NCBI RefSeq assembly: GCF_011745625.1
Contig: NW_027191455.1
Coordinates: 992,001 to 1,056,000, forward strand
Reading direction: 5' to 3'
DNA: 64,000 nucleotides
Origin: Cladosporium halotolerans
Lineage: Eukaryota
Position numbers and translations under genes: made by a program. Below the pieces are notes generated by a model that saw nothing but the letters and a program-made list of their open reading frames with translations, had not been told where the DNA came from and did no database searches. The stretch's first letter is position 1, and each line of letters begins with the position of its first letter. Shown one piece after another: positions 23,808-35,923 of the stretch.

Positions 23808-25298
23808 TTAAACAAAGGACCCCGCCTTCGGCGGCCCCCGCCCGCCCTCGACCTCGACGTAATACGAGCTGAGCGGCGTGCCGCCGAACGGCAGATCCGG
23901 GCTCGCCGCGCGGCCGCGGTCGCGGTCACGGTCGTTGACAATCGCCTGCTCCGGCGGCGGCAGCGGCATCGTCGGGGCGCGCCGCGAACCGTCCGCGTAG
24001 AACAGCGCCGGGTGCGTGAAAGGGTTCGCGTCCTTCGAGTGCGCGGTCGAGTGCACGTCGCCGCGCAGCATCTCTTCCGCCGTGAGGTCGGCGTCCCACA
24101 GCGCGCTGTCGCCCAGCTCGAGGTTGGCCTGGCTGTGGTCGGAGTTCTTGCGGGCGGCAGCAGCACCCGCACCGGGCGGCACGTTGTTCTTGAGGCTGCG
24201 GCGGCGCATTGAGGAGATGCGCGTGCCGTCCTGGGGAGGCGTGCTCCCGTAGCGGTTCGAGTAGGTGCGGATGCGGAAGACCTTGCGGTAGAAGAGCCAG
24301 ACGAAGGGGATGTTGGCGACGATGAGCGCCGTCGAGCTCTCGCGCACGTACCAGTAGACCCAGAGGTCGCTGAAGGGGTCGCTGAAGGAGTAGACTTTGT
24401 TGAGTATTGCGGCGATGATGACGAAGACGCCCAGGCTGAAGACGCCGACGAGCGGGATCTTTTTGGAGAGCGGGATGGAAATGCGCAGGAACATGGGCAG
24501 GCCGACGGCTAACATGGCGACGTCCGAGCTGAGGTTGAAGACTGCGTTGGTGATTAGGTGGTTGGTTGCTGCGTCGCATTGGACATTGGGTGTTGGAACG
24601 GCCCTGGGGGAATTGTTAGCTTCATGTTGATATGATTCTTTGGCGCCATTGCAAGCATACCAGTAATTGTGAAAGGGTCGGCACCAAACACCCAGGTACA
24701 ATATCTCCATGAGAATAAAGGATCCAATGACGTAGCCGAGGAGCGCCTTGATCGCAATGTTCTCTCGACGCAATGTGGTCAATCGCAGATACATGATAAG
24801 CAGGCACGCTTTTGCGCCCCATACCGTCACGATCTGGCAATTCTCCACCACCAGGATGAGCTTGCTACCCAATGTCCGCTCGTCGATATCCTGCTGCGTC
24901 ATGTGGGCAATGTCGTAGCCCGGCGGTAAAAGGTTGGAGGAAGTGTGCTCCACTATGTTGATAGTCACGATGACTACGGTGTAAAAGCATAGAACAACCA
25001 TCATCAGGTATTCATCGGCTTGGAATCTTCGGAAGGAGCCGAGGGCCATGCGGCGGGATATGCTGCGTTGGGGTTCTCGTCAGTCTGGGTTTTGCATTGG
25101 GCTTTCGCGGAGGGATTTGCTCGAGGAGGTGTCGCATTGGGCTTGGGTATGGCGCTTGTGGGCTTGATGTGTGCTCGGGCATGGGCATGGGCTTGGGTGT
25201 TGGCGCGAACGGGGTGTGGGAGGGTCGTACAATCGGCTGATGGCAATCAGCATGACCACGCTGTACCAGATCCATGATTCGGTTTTGAAGGCTACCAT
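23808..25298 (-). CDS. PTH11-like integral membrane protein without CFEM domain; exons 25298-25231, 25062-24661, 24603-23808
   Basis: Multiple TM helices with CRPFxxYW..C, FNLSSD..LP, KK..L..VFSLG..VII and W..RESSTA.IVANIP. Introns 25063-25230 and 24604-24660 have canonical ends and restore the frame. Confidence 0.85.
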
Positions 25299-26862
25299 GG
25301 CTTGGTAACCACTGGCCGAGCGCTCTTGCTGCATGCGGGTGTTTCTGCGTATGGGTGGTGCTGTTCTCTCCGGTCACGGCTCACGGGTATTCCTGGGGCG
25401 TGTCGTTCTGGGCGTCTTCTCTGGCGCTCCAGGCACCTTGCGGCATATTTCCAGGCAAAGCGCCTCGCTGGTCGGGTCGCGAGCGCAATCGCTCAGCAGG
25501 CGGAGGGCGCCGGGGGGCTGTGAGAGGAGCGCCTGGCGGCGCGGGAGAGGGTGAGGTGGGAGACGTGGGTGGAGGCAATGATGTACAGTATCTGCGGCCG
25601 ACGGAGGAGAGGTGGTGAGCGCAGAAGACAGCGAGGGCGAGACGGTCTTAGTATACTGGCGGCCCGCCGCCCTCGGGCCTGTCGAGCAGGGCGTCGATTG
25701 CGGTGGACAGACGAATCACGCCGGTCGATCGCTGCGCCAGCCTGCCAGCCCTCAGGCCGCGCTCCGAGCGCATCGTCCGGTCCAAACTCTGCCGAGTCGC
25801 CCCACCGCGCCAGCGCTGTCTCGTCCGCGGGCCGCCAAGCGCGCACTCAACACATTCGCCCGCCAGACGGGGTGACGGGGTGACGGGCTGATGGAGCTGG
25901 AGGGCAGCTGTGCCTCCGTTTCTTCGCCGCTGCATGCAGACTGCAGACACTCCCACGACACCGCCCACCCGAGGCCTATACGAGCCCTGCGTAACGCCGC
26001 CCTGTCGCACGCTGTCGGCTCCCTCTCTCTCTTCTGGCCTCGAACCCGCCCGCCGTTGCGAGCCGCCGTTCGTGCCCTCGCCCGCGACCACCGCACCATC
26101 GCCCTGCCCATGGAGAGGGCGGTGGGCCTTACCGCAGCCGGCCGCACTACTGTACTACCAAGCAGCCCTCGCTTCTCCCCACGCCCGTGCAGCATCAGGG
26201 TCTCCCGGCCAGTCGGCCGGATGAGCGGTCGGCCTTATCCCGCAACCTCCAGGAACGGAAGTCTATTGAGGACGGGACGGCAGCGGCAAACTACTGCAGC
26301 GGATAGCGTCAGCCTCCTGTGCTTCCCAATGGCGACGGACCTCATCCTTCGACGCTATCGCCTCCCGCGTACACTCAATCCATGACCGCTTCAACGCTGC
26401 TGGCAGGTCAGCAGCCCGGTGGCGCGATCGAGGCAATCATTTTCCCGCATTCGGCCTCGCGTGAAACAAATCCGCTGCCTGCTGTCCATTCACAGCGTGT
26501 GCGTGGTTTTCTAGAAGCCTGCACTACCGACGGAACAATGTCATGCAGTCGGCTAACCCTACCTTCCCACCGCCACAGGGGAAGATCTAACGACATCTCA
26601 CAGAAGCTACAACTTCGCCGAGATATGCCCCTCGTCAGCCCTCACACGACCACTCTACCAGAGACCCTCAACTGTCTGCATTCCGCGCGCCGGACTTGTA
26701 CCGTGAGATGCCTTGAATCATTTCAAACTTCAGAGCCGCCTCCGCGAAATCCTTCGTCCGCCACCACACACGGGTTGTCATGATAACGAGACGGCACCCA
26801 GCATCCAACACGGCCCCCTTTCCAAGAACCCCGCAAGCCCCAAACCACCCCAAGTCAGCATC

Positions 26863-27507
26863 CTAGATCCAGCCTCGCTCGCGAAACCTCCGTATCGCCT
26901 TCTCCTTCGCCTTCGCCGCCGCCTCGTCTAAATCTCCCCACGCCGTCTCCAAGGAAAACGTGAACCACCCGCCAGGGCCCTGACCCCTCGGGTTCCCCGC
27001 ATCGTCCACCACTCCCTCCTCGCCCGCCCACTGATGCACCCATCCCTCGCCAATGTCTATGATCCCCCACATAAGGCCCGTCTGCTCCCACGGCACGCGC
27101 ATCTTGTTGAATTCCTCCGTAGTCTCGAAGTCCTCCCCCTCGAGCACACAAGCCCTTTCCCCGACCACGCAGTTTCCGTCCCGCAGCCCCTCCTCGTCTA
27201 CCACCACGTAGAGCTGGCCGTTCGCCTGTCCCCTAACCGCGCCGCGACCCAGATCGACGCAGAAACCTTCGACGTCGGCTAGACTGGCGCCCGCCCAGCC
27301 GTTCTCCGAGGCTAGTTCTGCTTTGACTGGTGGCGAGGTTACTGACTGACTTGAGGCGGTCCGGGATAGCTCCCAGCCGTTGCGGGAGGTAATCAAATTG
27401 AAGCTATCGTGGTCGTCGCCATCGCTCCAGTCACGGAGGTTGAGGAGTAGTAGATTGAGTTGCTCGGTTGTAATGGTTGCGGCAATGATGAAGAGGAGAC
27501 CGCCCAT
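26863..27507 (-). CDS. Hypothetical 214 aa fungal protein (possibly DUF6924-like)
   Basis: Intact ATG-to-TAG ORF with coding-like bias. N-W-GASL, YVVVDEEG and F..MRVPW resemble, from memory, a fungal DUF family. Confidence 0.65.
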   Translation of the reverse strand: MGGLLFIIAATITTEQLNLLLLNLRDWSDGDDHDSFNLITSRNGWELSRTASSQSVTSPPVKAELASENGWAGASLADVEGFCVDLGRGAVRGQANGQLYVVVDEEGLRDGNCVVGERACVLEGEDFETTEEFNKMRVPWEQTGLMWGIIDIGEGWVHQWAGEEGVVDDAGNPRGQGPGGWFTFSLETAWGDLDEAAAKAKEKAIRRFRERGWI

Positions 27508-27556
27508 TGTTTTGATGTTTATTTGGTGGGTTCGAGGGCCGCTTTTGAATGGTGAG

Positions 27557-27632
27557 TTGTAAGTCGGAGTTGTAAGGCGGGTTTGTAAGGCGTATGGTAA
27601 GTCGTATGGTAAGTCGGATGGTAAGTCGGGTT
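27557..27632. repeat. Imperfect tandem repeat, 6 copies of a 12-13 bp unit (TKGTAAGKCG core)
   Basis: ttgtaagtcggag ttgtaaggcgggt ttgtaaggcgta tggtaagtcgta tggtaagtcgga tggtaagtcggg. Confidence 0.85.
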
Positions 27633-28246
27633 GTGTTGAGATCTATCTCATGGAAGATGAATTCGTAGAGTGAGCTCCTGTTTTGTGTTCACATGTACTG
27701 AAAAGGGCATGTGATGGCGCTTTAGTACCTATAGTGAAGATCCGAGCGCCTTATTCTGATGGGTCCTGCTGCCTGGCTGCCTGACTGCTGCCTGAAACGT
27801 TGCAGATGCTGTGTCTAGGTAGTTGCGGAGCGACCTTCATATTCAGGCCGTGTCATTACTGTCACTGCAGGATTGAGCAAGGGCTTTTGAATTGAGCGTA
27901 AGCATACATGCCCGGCTGGTTGCCAGACGCTCCAAAGCGATGATGCCCAGCAGATGCCAACACAGTTGCTTCTTGCAGCGAAAAGCACATTGGACGGAAC
28001 CCACCGGTGAATGTGTTTCGAGGGCTCTTGTGTGCGCATACGTGTGACACCAGAGGATTTTATCTTCGTTGCGTTACATTTGCTTGGTGACAAAAAAACA
28101 CAGCCAGTGAAAGATACCAACACTCTGACCGGTCGTGATGGCGACCGACCTTTCTTGATTCCGCAAATCGATGCGATAGCCTCTTTGGCCTTGTGTTTTT
28201 CGGACGTGCTAACTCTCTCCGTTCGAAATGCTTCATTTTCTCAATC

Positions 28247-29655
28247 TCACTGCACATTTCCTAGGAAAACGACCAGAACAGCACAGTATCTGTCTGGCGA
28301 TCAGCAAACTCTCACAGGTTATAAACCAACCGCGCACTTACGCTGCCGTCACGCCGAAGATCTCGTGTCGCTTCGCGCTGGTGAGGAACGAGAGCATCGC
28401 CGAAAATAGGAGCGTGAAAACTAGGAAGACGCCAATAGTCGAAGCGATTTGCTTCTGGTTTAGACCGCCGCCGCTCGTGCCGTCTTTCCGGACGATTGCG
28501 GAAAGGATGCATATCGGTATGATGACCAGCGCGAGAATCACGACCAGGATGACGAAGCTTGCACATGCGCCGATCCGCTTGCGGGAGTAAAAGAATTGGG
28601 CTGGGCCGGATGCTTTCATTCTGGTTTCCTGCTAGACGGTCAGCGCGGAGGTCTTGAGGGCAGGAAAGGGTGCCAACGACTCTGGTGGTGAACATCTTCT
28701 GTGCTATGTCAGCGATGTGCCGAGGCACGTCTCGATGTCCGGAAAACTCACGCGGACAAAATCGAGTCTCCCCTCGAACGGGTGCAAGCTCCTCTCAATT
28801 AAGCGGTCAACAAAGGCAGGCTCGACACCCGGGCGTAAGGCGACGAGATCCTCTTTGTGCTGGATGTACTCTTGTTCTTTGCTGTCCACAGGTCTTACGT
28901 TGCCAAGGTAGTTGCTCACGCTCCGGAATTCCGATGAAGTCGGACGCATACAAGCCAGCAAGCGTTGGTTCGTCTCCAACAGATTGGCTGGTAGAAATCA
29001 GTCTAGCTGCCCAGTAATACCCTACACTTCACCGTACCGTACGAGGTAAAAGCTGCTTCTATCTCTTGAAGTAGCTCCCGCCGAGGCCTGAGGGAATCAT
29101 GGTCAAGATTTCTCGTGTGTTTCATGAAGTCGCTCTTGTCGAACTCATCCAGCCTTTCTTCCAATATGCGTAGTTGATCTTGCTTCTCCAAGATTAGCCT
29201 GCTCTGCAGATAGCCAAACCTGCGATAGATGGCAAAGTCCTCGTCGCTGCTGTGGAACGCAGCAAGATTTGGATATCCATGTTTGAACCTGCTCACTGCG
29301 GTAATGTGTGAGTGTTGCATCTAGCGGCGGCAAGAGTCTGGCGAGAGATGTTGCACATACATGTCCGAACTTGAACAGGGTATCCCGTGCGTGCAGTCTT
29401 ACGCAACCTGGGGCGGGGGCTCGGCCAAAAGAAGGATGGTGCTGGAGACATCATGTGGATCAGACCTTGAATAGGTCAGAGACGCAGCAAACCACTGGCA
29501 GAAGGCCACAAACTCTGTCCCCTGCGTCTGGAATTTTCAGGCGCAATTCCATTGCCGTGCTCCATGTGGGCAGCATCGAGAGGTCTGGGGTACGAGGTCG
29601 AATCGGGAGTTGGCCTCTGTGCATCATTTTCGTCGAGATCAATGTGACCTGACAT
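28247..29655 (-). CDS. DUF6594-like membrane protein, multi-exon (start 29655 or 29454)
   Basis: GYPNLAAFHSSDEDFAIYRRFGYLQSRLILEKQDQL near the N-terminus and EIFGVTAAYCAVLVVFLG at the C-terminus. Introns 29296-29360, 28988-29037, 28699-28751, 28629-28680 and 28290-28341 keep the frame. The 5' end is uncertain. Confidence 0.8.
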
Positions 29656-30439
29656 GGTGTTTTCAGAGCGCGAAACTTGTTTTCGCGTTAAAGCAAGACC
29701 TTCGATGGATTGACGGACAGGGAGTAACGATTTCCGTAGACGAGGGCATCTCGCGATGTCAACAAACCTACCGGAAAGCTGCGCCACGGTCTCGTCCATC
29801 AGCACCCTTGCGAGGCTTATGTAGGTACGTCTCATAGTGCGGCTGAGCTTGAGAATGATCGATTTCCAATGCGCACTTAGCCTGACATCTCTGTAACATG
29901 CCGAGAGACTCGAAGCCCGTCCGTACTGGAACCCAAGATTCTTTTGAGCGATGACAATTGACACCGGCCTTGAGCGCGCTCCCTGTCGGGCTCCTGTCGC
30001 GGGATTGAAGCTCAGCCGCGACCGACATATCGCTTATTCCCAAGACCGGCCATGGAAGCTGGGAAGGAAGATAGTAGTGGCACTGTGAATCAGGCTGAGC
30101 TCAGGCAGCGTGGCGCAGGTGCACCAGACACCACCGGTTTCTGCGGAAAGGTGCAGCGGAAACAAGCAATTTCTCGAATACAGTGAGACGAGTTGAGTCG
30201 CGCCAATCATCTTTCATGCAGGCCCAATGATGCGCTGTTCTGAGTGGGTGATCATCTTGCGAATGCAGTATGAGGCTTGCAGCTTCGTGCAGTGTGCTTG
30301 CATCTATGCACTGCCCCGCTAAACAATTGCTGCGACAGCTATCGTGTACCAAGCATGTGAGATTCGGGATAGACGAAAGCTTTGTATTCGATGTATACTC
30401 TATTCAGTGACTAACCTGCGGTAGGCTGCTGAAGAGCAT

Positions 30440-32753
30440 CTAGAAGACCGATCCGTCCATGATATCATTCCTGGCTCCGAGGTGGAAGACCGGAATGTGT
30501 TCCAGAGGAGCAGGAACTGTCACGCTTTGCCCTCCAGCATAAGTCTGGTTAGTCCACCAGTATGTCCACGGCTTCGTGGCGTTTGCAGCACCGGTGTTGG
30601 GGAGATAGACGGTCCAGTCCGTGACATTCGCCTCAGTAACCGGGGCGACAAGCAGTCTGGGGCCGAACATGTACCTGCATGATGCGTTAGCTTGAGACGA
30701 ATCGCTTTGATGGGGCTTAGCAGACTTACTGCTGCGTCGTCACGTTGGCATTTGTGCTCGTCCACTGGTTGATGTTCGAGTCGGTCATGCCGAAGTCCAT
30801 GTACAGCGGGCGCATGATCATGCGTCCCGTCTCAGAGAACTTGGAGAAGATTGCCTTCAAGTACGGCGCGAGCTGATAGCGCAGCTTGATGTAGTCGGTG
30901 ATGATCGGCGTGTTCTCGTCTCCGTACGACCACGGCTCGTTGTCGCATGTGAAGGCTGACTGCGTGTTGCACGCTCGCGTGCCGTGGTTACGGAAGAAGG
31001 GGAGGAACACAGCCCACTGCTGCCAGCGAACGTACAGGTGGCGGTAAGGCTCTTCGTCAATGTTGCCGGACCACCAAACGAATGGGTCTGCGGAGAAGCC
31101 GCCGATGTCGAGAGTCCACCAGCCCCAACCGGTCGCGGCTGCGGAAAGACCGGAAGAGACTTGTGAGGACAGCGTCTGCCAGGTCGAAGAGATGTCTCCA
31201 GACCAGATCATGGAGCAGAAACGCTGGGAGCCGATATAGCCAGATCGACTAAGGGAGAGGTAGTCGCAAGGCTCGCCTTGTTTGGTGCCAGTAGCATTTC
31301 GCAGGCCTTCTTCTATCGCTTGTTGGTGCGCCCATGGGTAGAGCTTACCTACGCTGGCTTGAGTTCCAGCATGGTATAAAGCATCTACAAACGGGTATGG
31401 GATGCTCTCAATGTAGGCGCTCTGTCCGTTGTTTTGGTAGGCCTCGCCAAGGTTGCCACCGTCTGCTTGGTCGATCCAAAAGTTTTTAATGCCATGGTCA
31501 TAATAGTTTCGCTTCAAAGTGCTCCAGAGAAAGTCTCGGGCGCGAGGGTTGGTGCTATCAACGTTCCGGATGTAGCTGCCATTCCAAGAATCTGTAACAC
31601 CAGGACCGCTTCTTGTCGCAGACAAAAGCCCCTCAGACTGCATGGCTGCGTAGTTGACTGACTTGTCCTCAACGCTGGGCCAGAGCGAAGCCATGATTTC
31701 CGCGCCTGTGAGATCCTTGACACGCTCGGCCATGTATGATACATTGGGCCAAAGGGCTGGGTCGAGACCCCAGTCCCCCTGGTGCGCCCACGACTGATAG
31801 TCAATTACCAGCATCGACACAGGTATCTGTAGATCATGGAATTTCTGTGCCAGCTGGATGAACTCTGTCTGATTCTCGTAGCGTAGTTTCGAGTGCAGAT
31901 ATCCAAGAGACCAGGCTGGTGGCTCAGGCGCGCGGCCTGTCGCAGCGGATAGCTTGCGCTGCAATCCATCGTAGTCGCCTTCAAGCGCTCCAACAATCAC
32001 GTAGTCGACGAGAGTCGAGGACTCGGTCGTGTAGCGATTCCGAAGCTGACCGAATTCCATTCGACCTTGGGCAGCGGAATTCCAGATGAAGCCGTACCCT
32101 TTGTTACTCATGAACACCGGCGTTGGAATGTGTGTGTTGAAGTTTATCAAGTCCATGATCTGCCCTTTCTTGTTCACCATGTGATCTTCGCCGTTTGTTC
32201 CGGTACCGTAAATTTGCTCGTCCGGCGTAGTGCTAAAAGAAAACGTAGCTTCGAACTCATATCCTACGTTGTGCGAGTAGGAGTAGTAGCGCGGGTTTAA
32301 CGCTTTCATCGGAGCGTATTCGTTGGTGAGCAGCGTTTTCGACCCGTTGTTCTCAACACGGTAGAACGCCAGTCGCACATTGGTGACATTGTCTCCCGTA
32401 GAGCTGTACGTTTCCACCAATGTGTTACCATTGCGCACCGCTACAGGCTGAGAGCCATTGGTAGTGAAATCGTAATCCATGCCATGTGCGACACCATTCT
32501 CGGGACCTTCGACGGGAGGGTCATAAAGAAAGCTGATCTCGTTGCCATTGGGAGGCCTGAACGGCCACGCTCGTACCCGAAAACCGTCGTAGCCATATGG
32601 CTGGACTAGAACGGTTTCGAAGCCATGCTGGAGGCGGAACCCGGTCGAATTGGATTGGGTCTGGGGTTGGGAGGAGTTGGCTGTAGCGTGCACGTCTTGA
32701 GCACCAGCAGCTGCAAGCAAAGAGGCAGGCAGTATTTGCGATAGCAAGCGCAT
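30440..32753 (-). CDS. axlA: Secreted GH31 alpha-xylosidase, AxlA-like; intron 30675-30729
   Basis: Signal peptide MRLLSQILPASLLAAAGA. FWIDQADGG nucleophile motif, MIWSGD, DIGGF and QQYMFGPRLLVAPV closely match the recalled Aspergillus AxlA sequence. Confidence 0.88.
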
Positions 32754-33159
32754 TGTGTCTAACACAAAACGAACAATCGCTGGTGTATTCCTGCAATGCG
32801 ACCATCATTGACTGTTTTTATGCGCGCAGTCTAAGGTTGGTAGGGCTTCGACCGTGACGATTCAGCCTGAAATCCTCATTACGAGGTTCCATCAAGAGTG
32901 GATCATGGCGGAGAAGCTCAATTAGAAGGAGCTTAATGTTTCTTGAGCAGAAGTCTTGATTGACGGAGCTGTTCCTCCGAAAGTTTGTTGGCGTGCCCTG
33001 CCTTTCGGGGCAGGAATGACGTTGCGATCCAGCTTCATTTTGCCGACTTCGCCGCAGATCAGGCCTTCTCCGAGCATGGAGAGCCACATGATGATCGACG
33101 TTCTCTGGAAAGCTGATGTGACCTGGGAAATGGTCTCGGTTAAAACATGACTAAAGCAA

Positions 33160-35458
33160 TCATACTGCGCGATCGTCCATTCCGGCAATCGTCGGATGTG
33201 TCGCGAGGTTCTCCCAAAAGTCGACTTCAAAGTCCCAAGGTTCGAAGCTAATGTCAGGATTCCAAGTTCCGCCCAGATCGAACGGTATGGTTTCTTGCAA
33301 GCCGTCCACACTGGTGCGTGACGGTGCTACCAATGTCAGAGACGAGTCAAGAATGGAGGAAATCGTCCTTGTGGCTCTAGTGAAAAGCTCAAAGCTGGGT
33401 TCTCCAGGTGAGATTACTGCTCCTGACTTCACCTCCGCGACTAGGACGCAAAGGTTTTGGATCGTCTGGGACTTGTTCCTGATGGGCGTAGTCGTGCCGC
33501 TTCTCCGCAAAAGTGCCAATGAGATTACACCAGCTGCAGGAAGTCCGAAATGAGCAACCTGTCTTCTGGTCAGCTCATCAGTCATGAAACAGAATCCCAT
33601 TTATTAGCCTACTTTCCAAAACCAGCAGGTACCAGAGTTAACAATTTTGTTGCGCAGCAGCATCAATTCAACTACTAGTCGAAGCATCTCTTCAGACGTT
33701 CGAAGGAGCTCTTCATCTGGCTCAGCCGTCCTCTGCAACGATGTCAAGCCAAGAAGGAAGTGAGTGTGCAGGTACTCCAGCCTCTGATTTACCAGAAAGT
33801 CTTTCTCGAACGGGGTCCCTTGACAGGCTATAAGGCTTCCCGTCAAACGGAAATGTGGCGGCATTTCCAACCAGACCTGCTCAAGATCATACCGTGCTTG
33901 GTTGACTCTCTCCGTAAGGTCGTTTGTATGCCGCATGCGAAATATGTCCAAGCTAGCTTCCTTCAGCACCGCAAATTTGGCACTGCACACGGTGTCGGCA
34001 ACGTAGTCGATGACTTCGTCATGTGGAGCCTCCTTCGCTTTGGTCAGGTGTGGGACCTGGAAGTTGCAAAAGGCTAGAAGGATACGAGGTGGTCGCCCCA
34101 TGAAGACACTCAATGTCTTGTCGGCCCAATAGATCCGCGCGAATATTGACTTCCGGAGCTCCAGAACGAAGGGTGGTACGGCAGCTTGCTGATCGATCTT
34201 TTCGTGGTATCCGAGAGTCACAACAGATGTTGCTAAGTCACCCATGCACCGCCAAGTGTGAAAGCCTAGAGACATTGTTAGACGTGGATCAGATGGCATT
34301 GTGGACATTGCTTACTTTGATCTCCATGTATGCGAGAGGACATGTGAAATTGCTCATATTGCAAAACGATCTGCAGGTCGTTGAGACAATCGATGGCAAG
34401 GCAGATTTCGAGACAGTAGTCTCCAATATATGTAAGGCTTCTGACAAGTCTTCGCCGCCGCTCTTCTGACGTGTACAAGCTGGGGAACACCTCTATGTCA
34501 GATGCAGCTTTAGCCGCAGCGGCAAAGAAGATACCGAGAGTCTCCCAGCGCATGCAGGGTCCAGACATCTGCTGTAGATAATCATCGATCGTAGATCCGA
34601 TGGTGAGCGCAATAGGCTGGTAGGTGTTCCGCGACAAGGATTTAGCCCGTTGGGAGAAGGCACGAGCTTGCTCGCTCGATCCCGATTGCAGAGACGAGGT
34701 CTTGTGTCTCCATGGGCAATGGATCATGGCATGAACACATCCTAGAACAAAAGGTTGAGCCAGTGCAAGGTTTGCACCTGTTTTGAGCCAAGCGAGAACC
34801 AGGTTGGAAAGCTCGTTGATGTCGAAGCAACTGAGTCTGCCCAATACATGGGTCGCACGGAAATGCGTGCCTTGGTCCTCCAGCATGTCACCTGGAAGAT
34901 GGCCTTGTGAATCGTAAGGAGAGTCCGTGCGTTCTGGCAGAGGAGTTTCGCTCATGGACTGCACCTCATTGAAGATGGCGAATCCGGAAGAGGAACCTAG
35001 GTAGCCAGGATTCGGGTAGCGATGAGATGGAGTGGCATCCCCATTATCACGGCGCGCCGGGCTTGATCCGCCAAATGGTCTGTAAAAATCTTCATCAGCT
35101 GTCATACTAACATGATGCAATGTCGTTGCGGCCTGGCATTAAATCGGGTTGATGCGCCCACTGATAAAAGCGGCAGGATCGCCGCCCTATCACCACAATG
35201 CGATTTTCAATAGGTCTGCAATTGTATATGACAAGCTACTCACACTTGCACATCGTCTGCATCATCATCTTGCGATGCATGTCGAATCTTCCTTTTCTTG
35301 AACGGCGCGTCCCGGTAGACGCAACTGGCGCTCTGACCGCGCTGGAGGCATCGGTGGCAGACAGGCTGCTCGTGCCCACAAGCAACCTTCGAGCGTCGAC
35401 AAGGATCGCATGCAGGACGCTTCTGCGGTGCTCCAGGACTGCTCGCAGCCGTCTCCAT
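33160..35458 (-). CDS. Zn(II)2Cys6 transcription factor with fungal TF middle region, multi-exon
   Basis: CDPCRRSKVACGHEQPVCHRCLQRGQSASC. Middle region GYHE..ELRK.IFARIY.ADK.LS.FMGRPPR. Introns 34266-34315 and 33559-33612 are clear; first-intron boundaries (about 35133-35245) are uncertain. Confidence 0.88.
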
Positions 35459-35557
35459 TTCCAAGCACTATTGTCTCGAAAAAGACTGACGGATGTGAGA
35501 GTGCTTCGGCGTGAGCAGAAATCTGCGGAGTCAACCCTTGCATTTCGGCGTGTGATG

Positions 35558-35576
35558 ACTCCGAAATTTTCGGAGT
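35558..35576. promoter_or_regulatory. Palindrome ACTCCGAAA-T-TTTCGGAGT (CCG-N7-CGG), candidate Zn2Cys6 binding site in the divergent TF/MFS promoter
   Basis: Perfect 9-bp arms. ACTCCGAAAT recurs at 35650-35659, with further TTTCGG/CCGAAA half-sites near 35543 and 35580. Confidence 0.5.
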
Positions 35577-35923
35577 GCGCCGAAAGCGCCGTCTAGTCGT
35601 CCCGTGCGACAGCGCTTTACTGACCTCTTCGGTGTAGATTTTCTCAAACACTCCGAAATGTTGGACTACCAGGGCGCTGAAAATGGACGAGTACTTCGCT
35701 CAACGCCCTTCCACGCCCTACATGCGAAACCGCAAGTGGGACCATCGGAGTCATCAGAGGCTTCACGGAAGAAAAATCTCAATGATGCGCCGCTCGGTAT
35801 GATAGCATCTGGTTTAATAACTAGCCTCCCTTCGCAAAGTTTATGTACTTGTAGATATACAGTATCCAATCTAATGTCAAGTCTCTTACGCCTCAGCCGA
35901 AAGGGTTCCAGGGTTCTTAGTCA

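Noticed and set aside
25300..26850. Many overlapping ORFs in GC-rich DNA
   Set aside because: Expected from stop-codon scarcity at high GC; no coding signature.
32975..32982. Single CTCCGAAA upstream of axlA as evidence of co-regulation by the adjacent TF
   Set aside because: About two hits of a given 8-mer are expected by chance in 64 kb on both strands; it also occurs near 13812 and 42608.
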